From: Anaeramoeba ignava BMAN
Taxonomy: Eukaryota > Protista > Anaeramoebae
Assembly: GCA_028826165.1 (NCBI GenBank)
Contig: JAPDFW010000081.1
Coordinates: forward strand, 744,001-808,000
DNA length: 64,000 nucleotides
Direction: 5' to 3'
The notes below the pieces were generated by a model, which saw only the letters and a program-made list of their open reading frames with translations, made no database searches and was not told where the DNA came from. Positions 39,766 through 51,763 of the stretch are shown in pieces (the first letter of the stretch is position 1; each line of letters starts with the position of its first letter). A program made the position numbers and the translations under genes.

Positions 39766-42700
39766 ATGAAAATTTCTTTAATTTTCATACTTTTTATAAT
39801 TTTTCTGGCAAAATGCAAAACAGAGTAAAAATAAAAATAAGAAAGAGAAAAAAAGCATAAACTCACATAAATTAAATATAATTTTTTTTTAAACGAATTT
39901 AATTTAAATTTAATTTATAAATTAATTTATTTTCTAAATTGATTTAGAACCCATTTAATTGTTGGCGATCTTGAAAATTCTTATTCAGTTTTTTTCGAAA
40001 AAGATTCAATTCGCTTTCAATTTTCAACAGAAGAAGAAATTAAAATGAAACTTAAAAACGGGGATTTAACAGAATTTTCACAAAATAAAGAAGGAACTGA
40101 ATTCAAATACACGAACGTTTATCCAGGAATTGATCTACATTTTGTACTTACAGAAGAAAAAGGATTAAAAAACGAATTTATAGTTTGGAAAGCGAAACAA
40201 TATAAAGATATTGAGTGGATAGTTGAGTTACCAGAAGAATGGGAAATTAGGGCGAAAAATTCGGAATTATTTTTCGAATCGGAAAAAAAAGGATTTCAAG
40301 AATCGGGACTAATTTCATATCAAGAAGAAGTGGCGATATCAACGGAATATTTAGTTGAAGAAATCCAAAAGCATCCGTTTCGAGCGTATTCTATTAGGTA
40401 CAGCGTCGACGAAACGCAACTCCAAGAAAATAAGGCGTTGGTGATTGATCCGCGATTTGCTTATTATTTGAACGTTGATTTTGGACAGTATTTTTATTCC
40501 AACGCGTACAATATCACGTTTCTCAAAATTCTTGAGCCTTTCCAAGAAAACCACAACAAAGTATATTTTGCAGGACATTTCAAATTAAGCGTTCAAAATT
40601 CAAGTTGGAATCTGACATATTTCCCCAATGCAAATCATCTTTTTGTGGGGATTTATGATCAAGAAACCGATGAAATTTCAGGGAGTATGATCGGCACGTC
40701 AAGCTCCATCTCAGAATTGACATCATTTAATGTGGACTCGCGGGGAAATATGATTATCACGGCATATTTTGTTTACGATACTGTGCTTCCGGTGATCAAT
40801 ACCAGCATGTCAGATACATATGCATCGGGTGATATTTGCGGATTTGTTATAAAATTAACGCCTGATTTTGTTCCTGTTTTTTCGTGGTTTTTGTGCTCAG
40901 GCGCGATCTCAACGCTCGGCTCTTCAACAACATTTACTGATCTGATTATTGACCCCGATGACGAAGATAACTTGTTCGTTGTCGGATATACGCAAGGGGA
41001 TAATTTGCTCATGGTCGGATCAACTATTTATGCACAAGGTTTGCTGATCCAATTTAACGGTTCTGAGGGTTCAATTAGCAACCGAATAACGCAAAACTCG
41101 TTTTTTGAAATAATGGACTCTTCTTATAATTTTACAAAAGATAAAGAGCTTCTTCCGTTGAAACTGCGAATGGATCCAAACACGCGAACATTGTTTGTTT
41201 TTTCGCGAATTCTTGGCGAATTGAAAACAACAACGAATATCCTCAACACTTGGCCCGATTATCAAAACGTATCGACTCGGATCTGTTTTATGTGGAAATT
41301 TCAGGACGATTTCACGTATATTGAAGGCAAATATATATACGGATCACCTATTGATTCATATGTCAATCTGGATGTCACACCCACTTTGCTTGAGATCCAC
41401 GACTCTGCAATTTGGATCGGAGGATACTCTTCCACAACCAATCCCAACGTGACTACAAATGCGCTTTACGGAGCTTCTTATTACGGGAACGGATCTGTTT
41501 CGCGGGCATTTCTAACCGCAATGAATTTTGATTTGGATACGCTTGTGTATTCCACAGTGCTGCCTGATTTAGTGCCTTGTGCCTTGGGTTGGTCAAACTC
41601 AGTGAACATATCAATAGCCGGGATCGGTAATATTACTGATCCTGAGGGATTCACAGGGCTCAGTCCGAGCTACACGCTCTTGGATAACTCTACAGGAGAT
41701 TCAACTTCGACAGAATTGGGTTTTCTTCTTGTATTGAATTATAACTCAACAGATTCGCAAATTGTCGGTGTTGTTGAATCTGGCCCGATTCTTTCAATGT
41801 ATTTGTCCGTTGGCGACTCGTATTATTTCTCCGGTTATACTTACGGCCAGCAGCTCAAGGATCTTTCGAATATTTCTTCCATTCCCTCGGATTTCACTAT
41901 TGTCAATCGAGGTTATCTTGATTTCGAAGGCTATTGCATTCCCGGTTATGAAGGGTTCCAGTTTTGGGAATGTAACGAATGTCTGTGCGGAACTTACAAG
42001 CCTGAAGAGGCGTTTAGTTTATGTAATATTTGCGATTCGAAATCGAACTACTCAGCAGATAATTTCACAAAATGCTTGGCGTGTCCCGACGGTGAATATC
42101 CGAATACTGCTGATTTATGCGGCTGTTTGGCTTGTCCTGCAGGGACGTATTGGAACATTTCATCGGGAGACGGGGCGTATGTGTGCAAGAACTGTCCTAA
42201 TAATACATATAATCCGTATGAAGGAGAAACAGATTTAGATGCATGCATTGTTTGTCCTTCTGGTTCGTCCAGTGTTGAGGGTTCTGCTGAGTGCAAGCTC
42301 TGCGATCCAGGATACAACTCAAGTAATATCAATACCACTTGCGGTCCTTGTCCTTTGGGTCAATATACTAATAATACTGGCTCCTTTGTGTGTGATGATT
42401 GTCCTGTTGGTTCCGTTGCAAATCATACTGGTTCTATTGAGTGCTATGTTTGTCCTCCTGGCACTTTTTCTGTGGGTGGTATTATGTGTCAGCCTTGTTT
42501 TGTTGGTTTTTATAATCCTTTTGAGAATCAAGCGCAGTGTTTGCCTTGTCCTAAGGGATATATCACTACGTCTGAAAGTACGAGATTTTTTATCTACAAC
42601 CAAATTGATTTATTAAATTGATTAAATTTATTTAAATTGATTTAAATTTTATTTGATTTATTTAAATTTATTTAAATTGTTTTAAATTTATTTAAATTTA

Positions 42701-45700
42701 TTTAAATTGATTAAATTGATTTAAATTGATTAAATTTATTAAATTGATTAAATTGATTTAAATTGATTAAATTGATTAAATTGATTAAATTTATTAAATT
42801 TATTAAATTTATTAAATTGATTAAAATTGATTAAATTTATTAAATTGATTTAAAATTATTAAAATTTATTTAATTTATTAAATTTATTAAATTGATTTAA
42901 TTTTATTAAATTGATTTAAATTGATTTAAATTGATTAAAATTGATTTAAATTTATTAAATTTATTAAATTGATTAAATTTATTTAATTGATTTAAATTGA
43001 TTAAATTTATTAAATTTATTAAATTTATTAAATTTATTAAATTGATTAAAATTGATTAAATTTATTAAATTGATTTAAATTTATTAAAATTGATTAAATT
43101 GATTAAAATTTATTAAATTGATTTAAATTTGTTTAAATTTATTTTAAATTGATTTAAATTGATTAAATTGATTTAAATTGATTAAAATTTATTAAATTGA
43201 TTTAAATTGATTAAATTTTATTAAAATTGATTAAATTGATTTAAATTTATTAAATTGATTAAATTTGATTAAATTGATTTAAATTGATTAAATTTGATTT
43301 AAATTGATTAAATTTGATTAAATTTATTTAAATTGATTAAATTGATTTAAATTGATTAAATTATTTGATTTAAATTTATTTAAATTTATTAAATTTATTA
43401 AATTTATTAAATTTATTAAATTGATTTAAATTTTGATTAAATTTATTAAATTGATTTAAATTGATTTAAATTTATTAAAATTTAAATTTTGATTTAAAAA
43501 ATTAAATTGATTTAAATTTATTAAATTGATTAAATTGATTAAATTGATTTAAATTGATTAAATTGATTTAAATTGATTAAATTGATTTAAATTGATTAAA
43601 TTGATTTAAATTGATTAAATTTATTAAATTGATTAAATTTATTAAATTGATTTATTAAATTTATTTAAATTGATTTAAATTGATTTAAATTTATTTAAAT
43701 TGATTAAAAATTATTAAAATTTTAATTTATTTAAAATTTATTTAAATTGATTAAATTTATTAAATTTTATTAAAATTGATTTAAATTGATTTTAAATTTG
43801 ATTAAATTTTATTAAATTGATTTAAATTGATTAAATTTATTAAATTGATTTAATTTATTTATTTTAATTTATTAAATTTTATTAAAATTGATTAAAATTG
43901 ATTAAAATTGATTAAATTTATTAAATTTATTAAATTGATTAAATTTATTAAATTTTATTAAATTGATTAAATTTTATTAAATTGATTAAATTGATTAAAT
44001 TGATTTAATTGATTAAATTGATTTAAATTGATTAAATTTATTTAAATTTATTAAATTTATTAAATTTATTTAAATTGATTAAAATTGAATTGATTTAAAT
44101 TCAAACAAAAAAAAAAGAATGCGAACAATGCGAACAATGCGTAATCCCAGGAACCTGCCTCGGAGGATCAACATGTAAATCGGGATACAACCTCACAACA
44201 GCATGCTACGACTGCAACGAAGATTATTTCCTTGTAAACTCCACATGCACAAAATGCCCATCAGTATCAAGTCTTATATTTGTAATAGTGCTAATCTTTG
44301 TAGGATTTATCTTCACATCACTCTTTCTGCTATATAAGAACGGAACAGCACTTCCAGGGTTCCTAATAATCTCAGGGATTCTCCAGCTCTTCGCATCAGT
44401 GTTTGAATTCGACCTCTCATGGCCCGATTTCATAAAGGACGCATTTCGGTTCATTTTCGGGATTTTCATTTTCGATCTCCGACTTCTTCCAAGCTCTAGA
44501 TGCTCGTGGGATCTCGGATTCTATGCCGAATACGTGATGATGTTCTGTGTGCCCTTCGTCGTTTTCATTGCATTCGCAATCGCGTTTCTTGTGTCTTATT
44601 TACAGCACAGAAAATCCCAACGGAAAATCGAAAAATTGCAATACATCCGCAACAGATTGGTTCATGTCAGCACACTGTCCCTCTATCTGATGCTGATACC
44701 CCTCGTGCTCGTCGCGTTCCGTCCTTTCCAACATATGGAAGACAACTACGGCAACGAAGTCCTTGTTGCCGATCCTCATGTCGCATATAAAGATGACAAA
44801 TGGAACTCATATTTACCCCTTTTTGTGATCGCAATCATCCTCTTTGTTCTTGTTCTCCCGCTCCTACTTGTTATTCTCACCGCGCGCTCGTACTCCCCAG
44901 AATATCGCGAGCGCAAAGCAAAGTCTATCGGGTGGATTTTCCTCAGGTTCAAAGAGAAGCGTTATTGGTGGGAAATTCTTGATGTTTTGTGGAAGGTTAT
45001 TTTCCTCGCAATTATTTCTTTTATAACGTCAAACACAAACGCAAATTCTTGGGTCGCTATTGTTTGGGTTCTTGCCTTCATCGTCACTGTTTTCATCCTC
45101 CGTCCCCATAAATCCCGCAAGAACATGAGTCCCTACGATAAGCTCTTGATTGGTCTTCTGTGCTTGCTCATCTCCTACATCTTCCTCAGTATCGAAAACA
45201 GTGGATTCGTTCTTTTTTTCCTCTTTCACACTGCCGGATCCGCTTTTTCTGCCTTCGGTGTTTATTACATTTGGAGAAGAAGAGCAAAATCAAAGAAGGA
45301 TAAAGCCAATGGAAAAGATGTTACAACATCCTCATCAAGCACCGTTTCATTGTCTTCAGAAAACGAAGACCAAGAGAACCCACATCATCAAAATATTGAC
45401 AGCAATAATAACAATAACAACAATAACAATAATAACAATAACAACAATAATAACAATAATAATAACAATGATAATGATAACACTGATTCTGATGATACTG
45501 AAAAAATTATTGCTCCTGTTAATAAAGATGAAAACAATCTCGTTAATCGCGCTCCTCAACTTAATGATAATGATGATACTGGAAACGATCTTTCTTCGGA
45601 TTCCTCTGAAAATGATTCCCCAAAAGTTAATTATCCTCAGATTACTCCTCCTGTCAAAAATCCTCTCGTTTCCTTGAACCAATTCGAATTGCAAAAACAA

Positions 45701-45757
45701 TCTTCTGCAAATCTTTATGATTCAACAGATAATTTACTCACTACTAAAAAAAAATAA
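39766..45757 (+). CDS. Large multi-pass surface protein: prokaryotic SBBP-associated N-terminal domain + beta-propeller-like region + Cys-rich repeats + multi-TM C-terminus; introns 39825-39947, 42578-44117
   Basis: Signal peptide MKISLIFILFIIFLA; YTNVYPGIDL..LKNEFIV..SYQ..ALVIDP; DLIIDPDD..NLFVVGYT; CxxCPxGxY repeats; about 9 hydrophobic segments including RYWWEILD..K; frames join. Confidence 0.85.
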
Positions 45758-46032
45758 TTCCTTTTTTTCTTTCTTTTTCTTTTTCTTTTCTTTTCTTCTT
45801 CTTTCAAAAAGATTTTGTAAGACAAATTCAAAAAAGAATCCAAAAAAAAACAAAAATAAAAGCAAAAACAGATTTAAATTTTTTTTAACTAATTTAAAAA
45901 GATCTATGAAGAAAAAAAAATTCCCAAAAAAGAAAAAAGACAAACATTAAATAACTTCCTATTTCTATTCTTTTTCATATTCGTCAAAAATGAATTAAAT
46001 TTAAAATGAATTAAATTTAAATTGAAAATTAA

Positions 46033-47875
46033 TCAAACAAAAGAAAGAACTTTTTCTTTTTCTTTTTCTTTTTCTTTTTCTTTTTCATCTTCATCTTGAG
46101 ATAATAATTTAGTGATTTCTTCAAAATTTTCAATATTTTCATTTTGAAGAGAAATATTTTCTAATTCAAGAGAATGAGTAAATTTATTCCAATTATATTT
46201 AATTTGGGAATTTTTTGGTTTTTCATATTCTTCTTCTAAAATTTCAATAACATTTTTTTGATAAACTTGACGCCAATCCAAACCATTGAAAAAAGGATGT
46301 CTTTGAATTTGAAGAAATCCATAACGACCTGCTCCTAATCTTAATTTAGGATCTTTTTCAAGAAGCTAAATAAATTAATTTTAATTTTAATTTTTAATTT
46401 TTAATTTTTAATTTATTTTTATTTATTATTTACTTGTTGAATAAATGATTGGCATTCAACATTAATTGAAGGATCAAATTCAGGATCTGAAAAGCAAATT
46501 TTATTCACCATTTCTTTTGGTTCAATAGAATAAAATGGAGTCTTTTTGATTTTAATTTTGATTTTAATTTTAATTTTAATTTTAATTTTTAATTTTAATT
46601 TTAATTTTAATTTTAATTTTAATTTTAATTTTAATTTTAATTTTAATTTTAATTTTGATTTTGATTTAGATTTAGATTTTAATTTTAATTTTGATTTTAA
46701 TTTTAATTTTAATTTTAATATTAATTTAGATTTTAATTTTAATTTTAATTTTGATTTTAATTTTAATTTTAATTTTACTGTTAAATGAAGTAATTCAAAA
46801 AGAAGAATTCCAAGACACCAGAAATCAAATTCTTTTCCGTAACTATTTATAGATAAAACTTCTGGAGCTACAATAAAAAAAATCAATAAAAAAATTTAAT
46901 AAAAAAATTAATAAAAAATTTAATAAAAAATTTTTTTTTTGATCCAAATTGATCCAAAATAAAAATTATTTGTTATTATTTTTTCAATTATTTTTACAAA
47001 GATATTCTTGACAAATTTGTGGTCTTTGTTTAGTTTTAGTTTTTTGGTGAATTAATGGAAGTGGCATTAATTTAATATGAGCTAAAAAAAATATAATTAA
47101 AAATTAATTAAAAATTAATTATCCAAAAAATATTAAAATTATTATTAAAATATTATTTATCCAAATTATTATTATTTAAAATATTATTATTAAAAAATTA
47201 TTATTAAAATTATTATTTAAAATTATCCAAATTATTAATTATCCAAAATATTAAAATTATTATTTAAAATTTAATTATTAATTATCCAAAAAATATTATT
47301 TAAAATTTAATTGATAATCGCATTTCAAAAAGAAAAGAAAAATACCTTTTGAATCTAAAATGATATTTTCTGGACTTAGTCGTCTTTAAAAAAGAAAATT
47401 AAAGAAAATTAAAGAAAAAAAAATTTTTTTTAAAATTAAATAAATAAAAATAATTAATTAAATAATTAATTAATTACCCATAAATTAAATGTTTTGTGTG
47501 AATGTGATTTAAAGCTAATACAATTTCAGCTGCAAATAATTGTATTTTTGATTCAGAAAAAATTTGTTTTCGAGAATTTAAATGGTTTAATAAAGATCCT
47601 TTTAAAAAATATTCTTTCACATCAAAAACTTCTTCATTTACAATAAATTCTCCAAAATTCTCAGAAATAAATGGATGTTTTGTCATTTTTGTTGGCTTTT
47701 CTTTTGAAGGCTCAACTAATAATAATTGATTTAATGATAAAAAATAAACAAATAATTGTTTTTTTGGTTTTGATCTTCCTATTAATGCCTTTTGTAAATT
47801 TTTTATTAATTCCTTTGACTTTTTGTTTTGTTTTCCGGTTATTTGAACCATTTTTTTAAGATCGATTGATTTCAT
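46033..47875 (-). CDS. AGC-family pseudokinase (6 exons)
   Basis: FSESKIQLFAAEIVLALNHIH; YGRLSPENIILD (no catalytic Asp); HIKLMPLP (no DFG); [35 protein letters not shown]. Introns 47477-47384, 47345-47082, 46997-46868, 46778-46542, 46433-46366. Confidence 0.85.
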
Positions 47876-48373
47876 GCTTTTAATTTTAAAAAAAAAAGAT
47901 CAAAAAAAGGAAAAAAAGAGTAAAAAGTGTAAAAAGAGATTTTAAATTTAAATAAAAGAAAAAAAATGAAAAAAAAAAAAAAATTTTTTAATTTAAAATT
48001 TGATCTTCTTCTTTATATTTTTTTTAATTAAAATTTAAATAAAAAAACTCTTTTTGTAATTTGATCTTTTTGAATAAAAAATATTCTTACAACTCATTCT
48101 TAGTCATAAATTATATTTTTATTAAATAAAAAAATTAAATAAAAAAATTAAATAAAAGATCGATCAGTTTTGTGTCTTTTTTTTCGAATTTTATTTTAAT
48201 TTAATTTATTTTTAAATTTAATTTATTGAGATCGTAATTTTTAAACTAAAATTTGTTATTTTCCTTCTTATTTAAATGATTTAAATTCACTTATCAAAAA
48301 AAAAAAAAAAAAAATTTTCAATTAAAAAAATTTGTTAAAAAAAAATAAAGGAAAAAAAATAAAGGAAAATAAT

Positions 48374-51300
48374 TCAAAATAAACAAACCCATTTAAAAAA
48401 AGAGAGATTTGTTTTTTCAACGCTTTGATTTTTAAGAAAGGAATTAAAATCCAAAATTAATTTAAAAATTTGAGAAATTGAATTAAGATTATTTTTTTGG
48501 ATAAAAAGAAGAAAGTCTTTAAAATCCAAAGAAAATTGTTTATCGTTAAAAGTATAATAAGAGATATTTTTTATATCACTTTGAGAAGCAGAAATTAACT
48601 GAATTGTTGCTTTAATTTGTTTGTCTCCACCAAATGCTCCACATCCCCAATGGCCTGTTCCAATTGATTCAAATTCTTTTTCTAATTTCCGAAATCCACT
48701 GTAACTTTTGTTTAATTCTCTTGTTAATTTTTCTCTGCTTGTTTGATCTTCTAATTCGGAATTTTCTTCAAAATCTTCAAGCGCATCCTTTTTAAAATTT
48801 GTTGTTTTTATTAAGTTTTTATTAAGTTTTTAAATTTTTTCTTTTATTTTTATTCCCTTTTTTATTCCCTTTTTTAATTAAAATTTCTATTTATTTTCTG
48901 TTTATTTTCTGTTTAAAATTTTCTATTTAAATTAAAACCCCCATTTTTAATTTGTTTAGAAATTATATTTTAAGTTAAATTTTTAATTTATTTTCTATTT
49001 ATTTTCTATTTATTTTCCATTTATTTTTAATTTATTTTCCATTTAAAATTTTCTATTTAAATTAAAACCCCCATTTTTAATTTGTTTAGAAATTATATTT
49101 TAAGTTAAATTTTAAACTTAACATTTATTGGATTTTGGATTTTGGATTGAATATTGAATATCGAAATTGAATTGAATTGAATATTGAATTGAATTGAATT
49201 GAATTGAATATTGAATTGAATATTGAATATTGAATATTGATTATTGAATATTAAATATTGAATATTGAATTGAATATTAAATATTGAATATTAAATTGAA
49301 TTGAATTGAATATTGAATTGAATATTGAATTGAATTGAATATTAAATATTGAATATTGAATTGAATATTGAATTGAATTGAATATTGAAATATTGAATAT
49401 TGATTGAATATTGATTATGAATATTGAATATTGAATATTTGAAATTGAATATTAAAATTGAATATTGAAAATATTGAATTGAATATTGAATATTGAATTG
49501 AATATTAAAAATTGAATATTGAATATTGAATATTGAATTGAATTGGAATGAAATTGAATGAATGAAATTTGAATATTGAATTGAATAAAAATTGAATTGA
49601 ATTGAATTGAATTGAATGGAATGGAATATTAAATACCCGAATAAATATTGAATTGAATTGAATCGAATATTGAATATTGAATATTGAAATATGGAATATT
49701 GAAATGAATTGAATGGAATTGAATATTGGAATCGATTGAATATTGAATTGAATATTGAATATTAAATGAATTGAATATTGGAATGAATTGAATATTAAAT
49801 TAAATAAAATTGAATATTGAATTGAATTGAATATTGAAATTGAATGGAAATTCAAATATGAAATTGAATATTGAATATTGAATATTGAATATTGAATGTG
49901 AAATTGAAATGAATGAATATTGAAATTGGAATATTGAATATTGAATATTGAATGAATTGAATCGAATTGAATATTGAAATATGGAATATTGAATATTGAA
50001 ATATTGAATACGAATACGAATATTGAATAATTGAATATTGAATACGAATATTGAATATTGAATATGAATTGAATTGAATATTGAATGAAATGAATATTGA
50101 ATACGAATATTGGAAAATATTGGGTGAATTGGAATTGAATGAATTGAATCGAATTGAATTGAATGTTGAATTGAATTGAATATTGAATGAATATTGAACA
50201 AATATTATTGAATATTGAATATTGAAATGGAATATTGAATATTTGAATTGGAATGGAATTGAATATTTGAATATTGAATATTGAATATTGAATAATGAAT
50301 TGAATATTGAATATTGAATATTGAAATTGAAATTGAATTGAATATTGAATATGAATTGAAATGATTGAAATGAATGAATATTGAATGAATAAATCGAAAT
50401 TGAATTGAATCAAAATTGAATTGAATTGAATATTTGAATGAATATTGAATATTGAATATTGAAATTGAATATTGAATATTAAATATTAAATATTGAATAA
50501 ATATTAAATATAAAATTAAATATTAAATATTGAATTAAATATTAAATATTAAATATTAAATAAATTAATTAAAAATTGAATTGAATATTAAATTAAAATA
50601 TTAAATATTGAATATTGAATATTGAATATTGAATTGAATTGAATATTAAATATTGAATATTGAATTGAATTGAATTAAATTGAATATTGAATTTATTGAA
50701 TTAAAAAAAAATATTTACAATAGACAAAATGTAGCGATTACTCCAATCTCTAACTCCATCAAAACCACCAACAAATTTAACATTAAAACCATAACCTTGA
50801 TGAATGCCAAAACGAATAATTCCCTGCGACAAAATAGATTCATAATCATTTAGAGTATCAGCCAAAATCATAAGAACACACAATTCAGGATTCATCCCAA
50901 AAACAATCTCTTCCATTGTTCCAGTTTTTCCAAAACCAACATCTTTATTTGCAAATTCAATCTCAAGTTGTTCTTGATGATCACCAATTAAACCTTGATC
51001 AAAAAGAAGAACATTTTCAAGAATTTTTTTATCACCATTTTCCCAATTGGGAATTTCTGATTTTGAAAGAAACCGTCGATAGAAAATAACGGTTTCTTTT
51101 GGATTGACTTGACCCAAATGGAACTTTTCGAAATAATATAAAAGACATTTCAAATAGGCAACAACAGGGTCTTCACATCCACTCGTAAACCATGGTTCAA
51201 ATGTGCACCACCACTTCATTTCGGGTCTTTTGATCTTCAGAGTGCAGAAAAACATGTGCGAAAGTAGGCAATTTATTTGGTCGCGAGTGAAAATGATCCT

Positions 51301-51591
51301 TTTGCTCTTTGTTTTCTTGCAATCTCACAATTTTCCTTCTGGAAATAATTCTTCTGTTCTTTTGATTTGCGAAATTATAAAGGGAATAATTTTCTGGAAT
51401 ATTTTGTTGTGAGTTTCTTGATCAATATGATTTGCAAAAAATTTTTTCAATCCACTCAGTTTTTTTTTTGTTTCCATTATTGCTTCTATTGATTCCCTAA
51501 GTTCTTTACTATTTGTAATTGGATTTGATAAGATTTCATTGATTTTTTCCCAATGAAATGTTTCTTGATTTGGAAGAAGATAATATTGCAT
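48374..51591 (-). CDS. PARG: Poly(ADP-ribose) glycohydrolase-like protein; intron 50718-48788; in-frame TGA at 51327-51325
   Basis: TRDQINCLLSHMFFCT, LKCLLYYF, EFANKDVGFG..TMEEIVF..PEL, IDAL, RELNKSYSGF, TGHWGCGAFGGDKQIK..Q..AS. Confidence 0.88.
49140..50700. repeat. Intronic (GAATATT/GAATT)n satellite, degenerate in its centre
   Basis: Directly visible. Confidence 0.9.
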
Positions 51592-51763
51592 TTTTAAAAA
51601 GAATTTATTATTTTTTCTGATTGAAAAAAAAAATGAAATAAAAAAAAAAAAAATGGAATATAAAAAAATTGTGTTATTCTTTGGCGTTTATTTTACGTTT
51701 TTTTTGCCCAATTTCTATGGGATTCAAGAACCAAAAGAAGAAATAATTGATTTATACAAAAAC

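Noticed and set aside
40351-45700. Overlapping and antisense ORFs within the large surface-protein gene (also 29532-30250 and 52572-52853)
   Set aside because: Expected by-products of higher GC in long exons; no recognisable motifs
51325-51327. Genome-wide UGA reassignment
   Set aside because: TGA is the evident terminator of several genes here (5998, 17396, 39311, 48374), and Trp is encoded by TGG in conserved motifs
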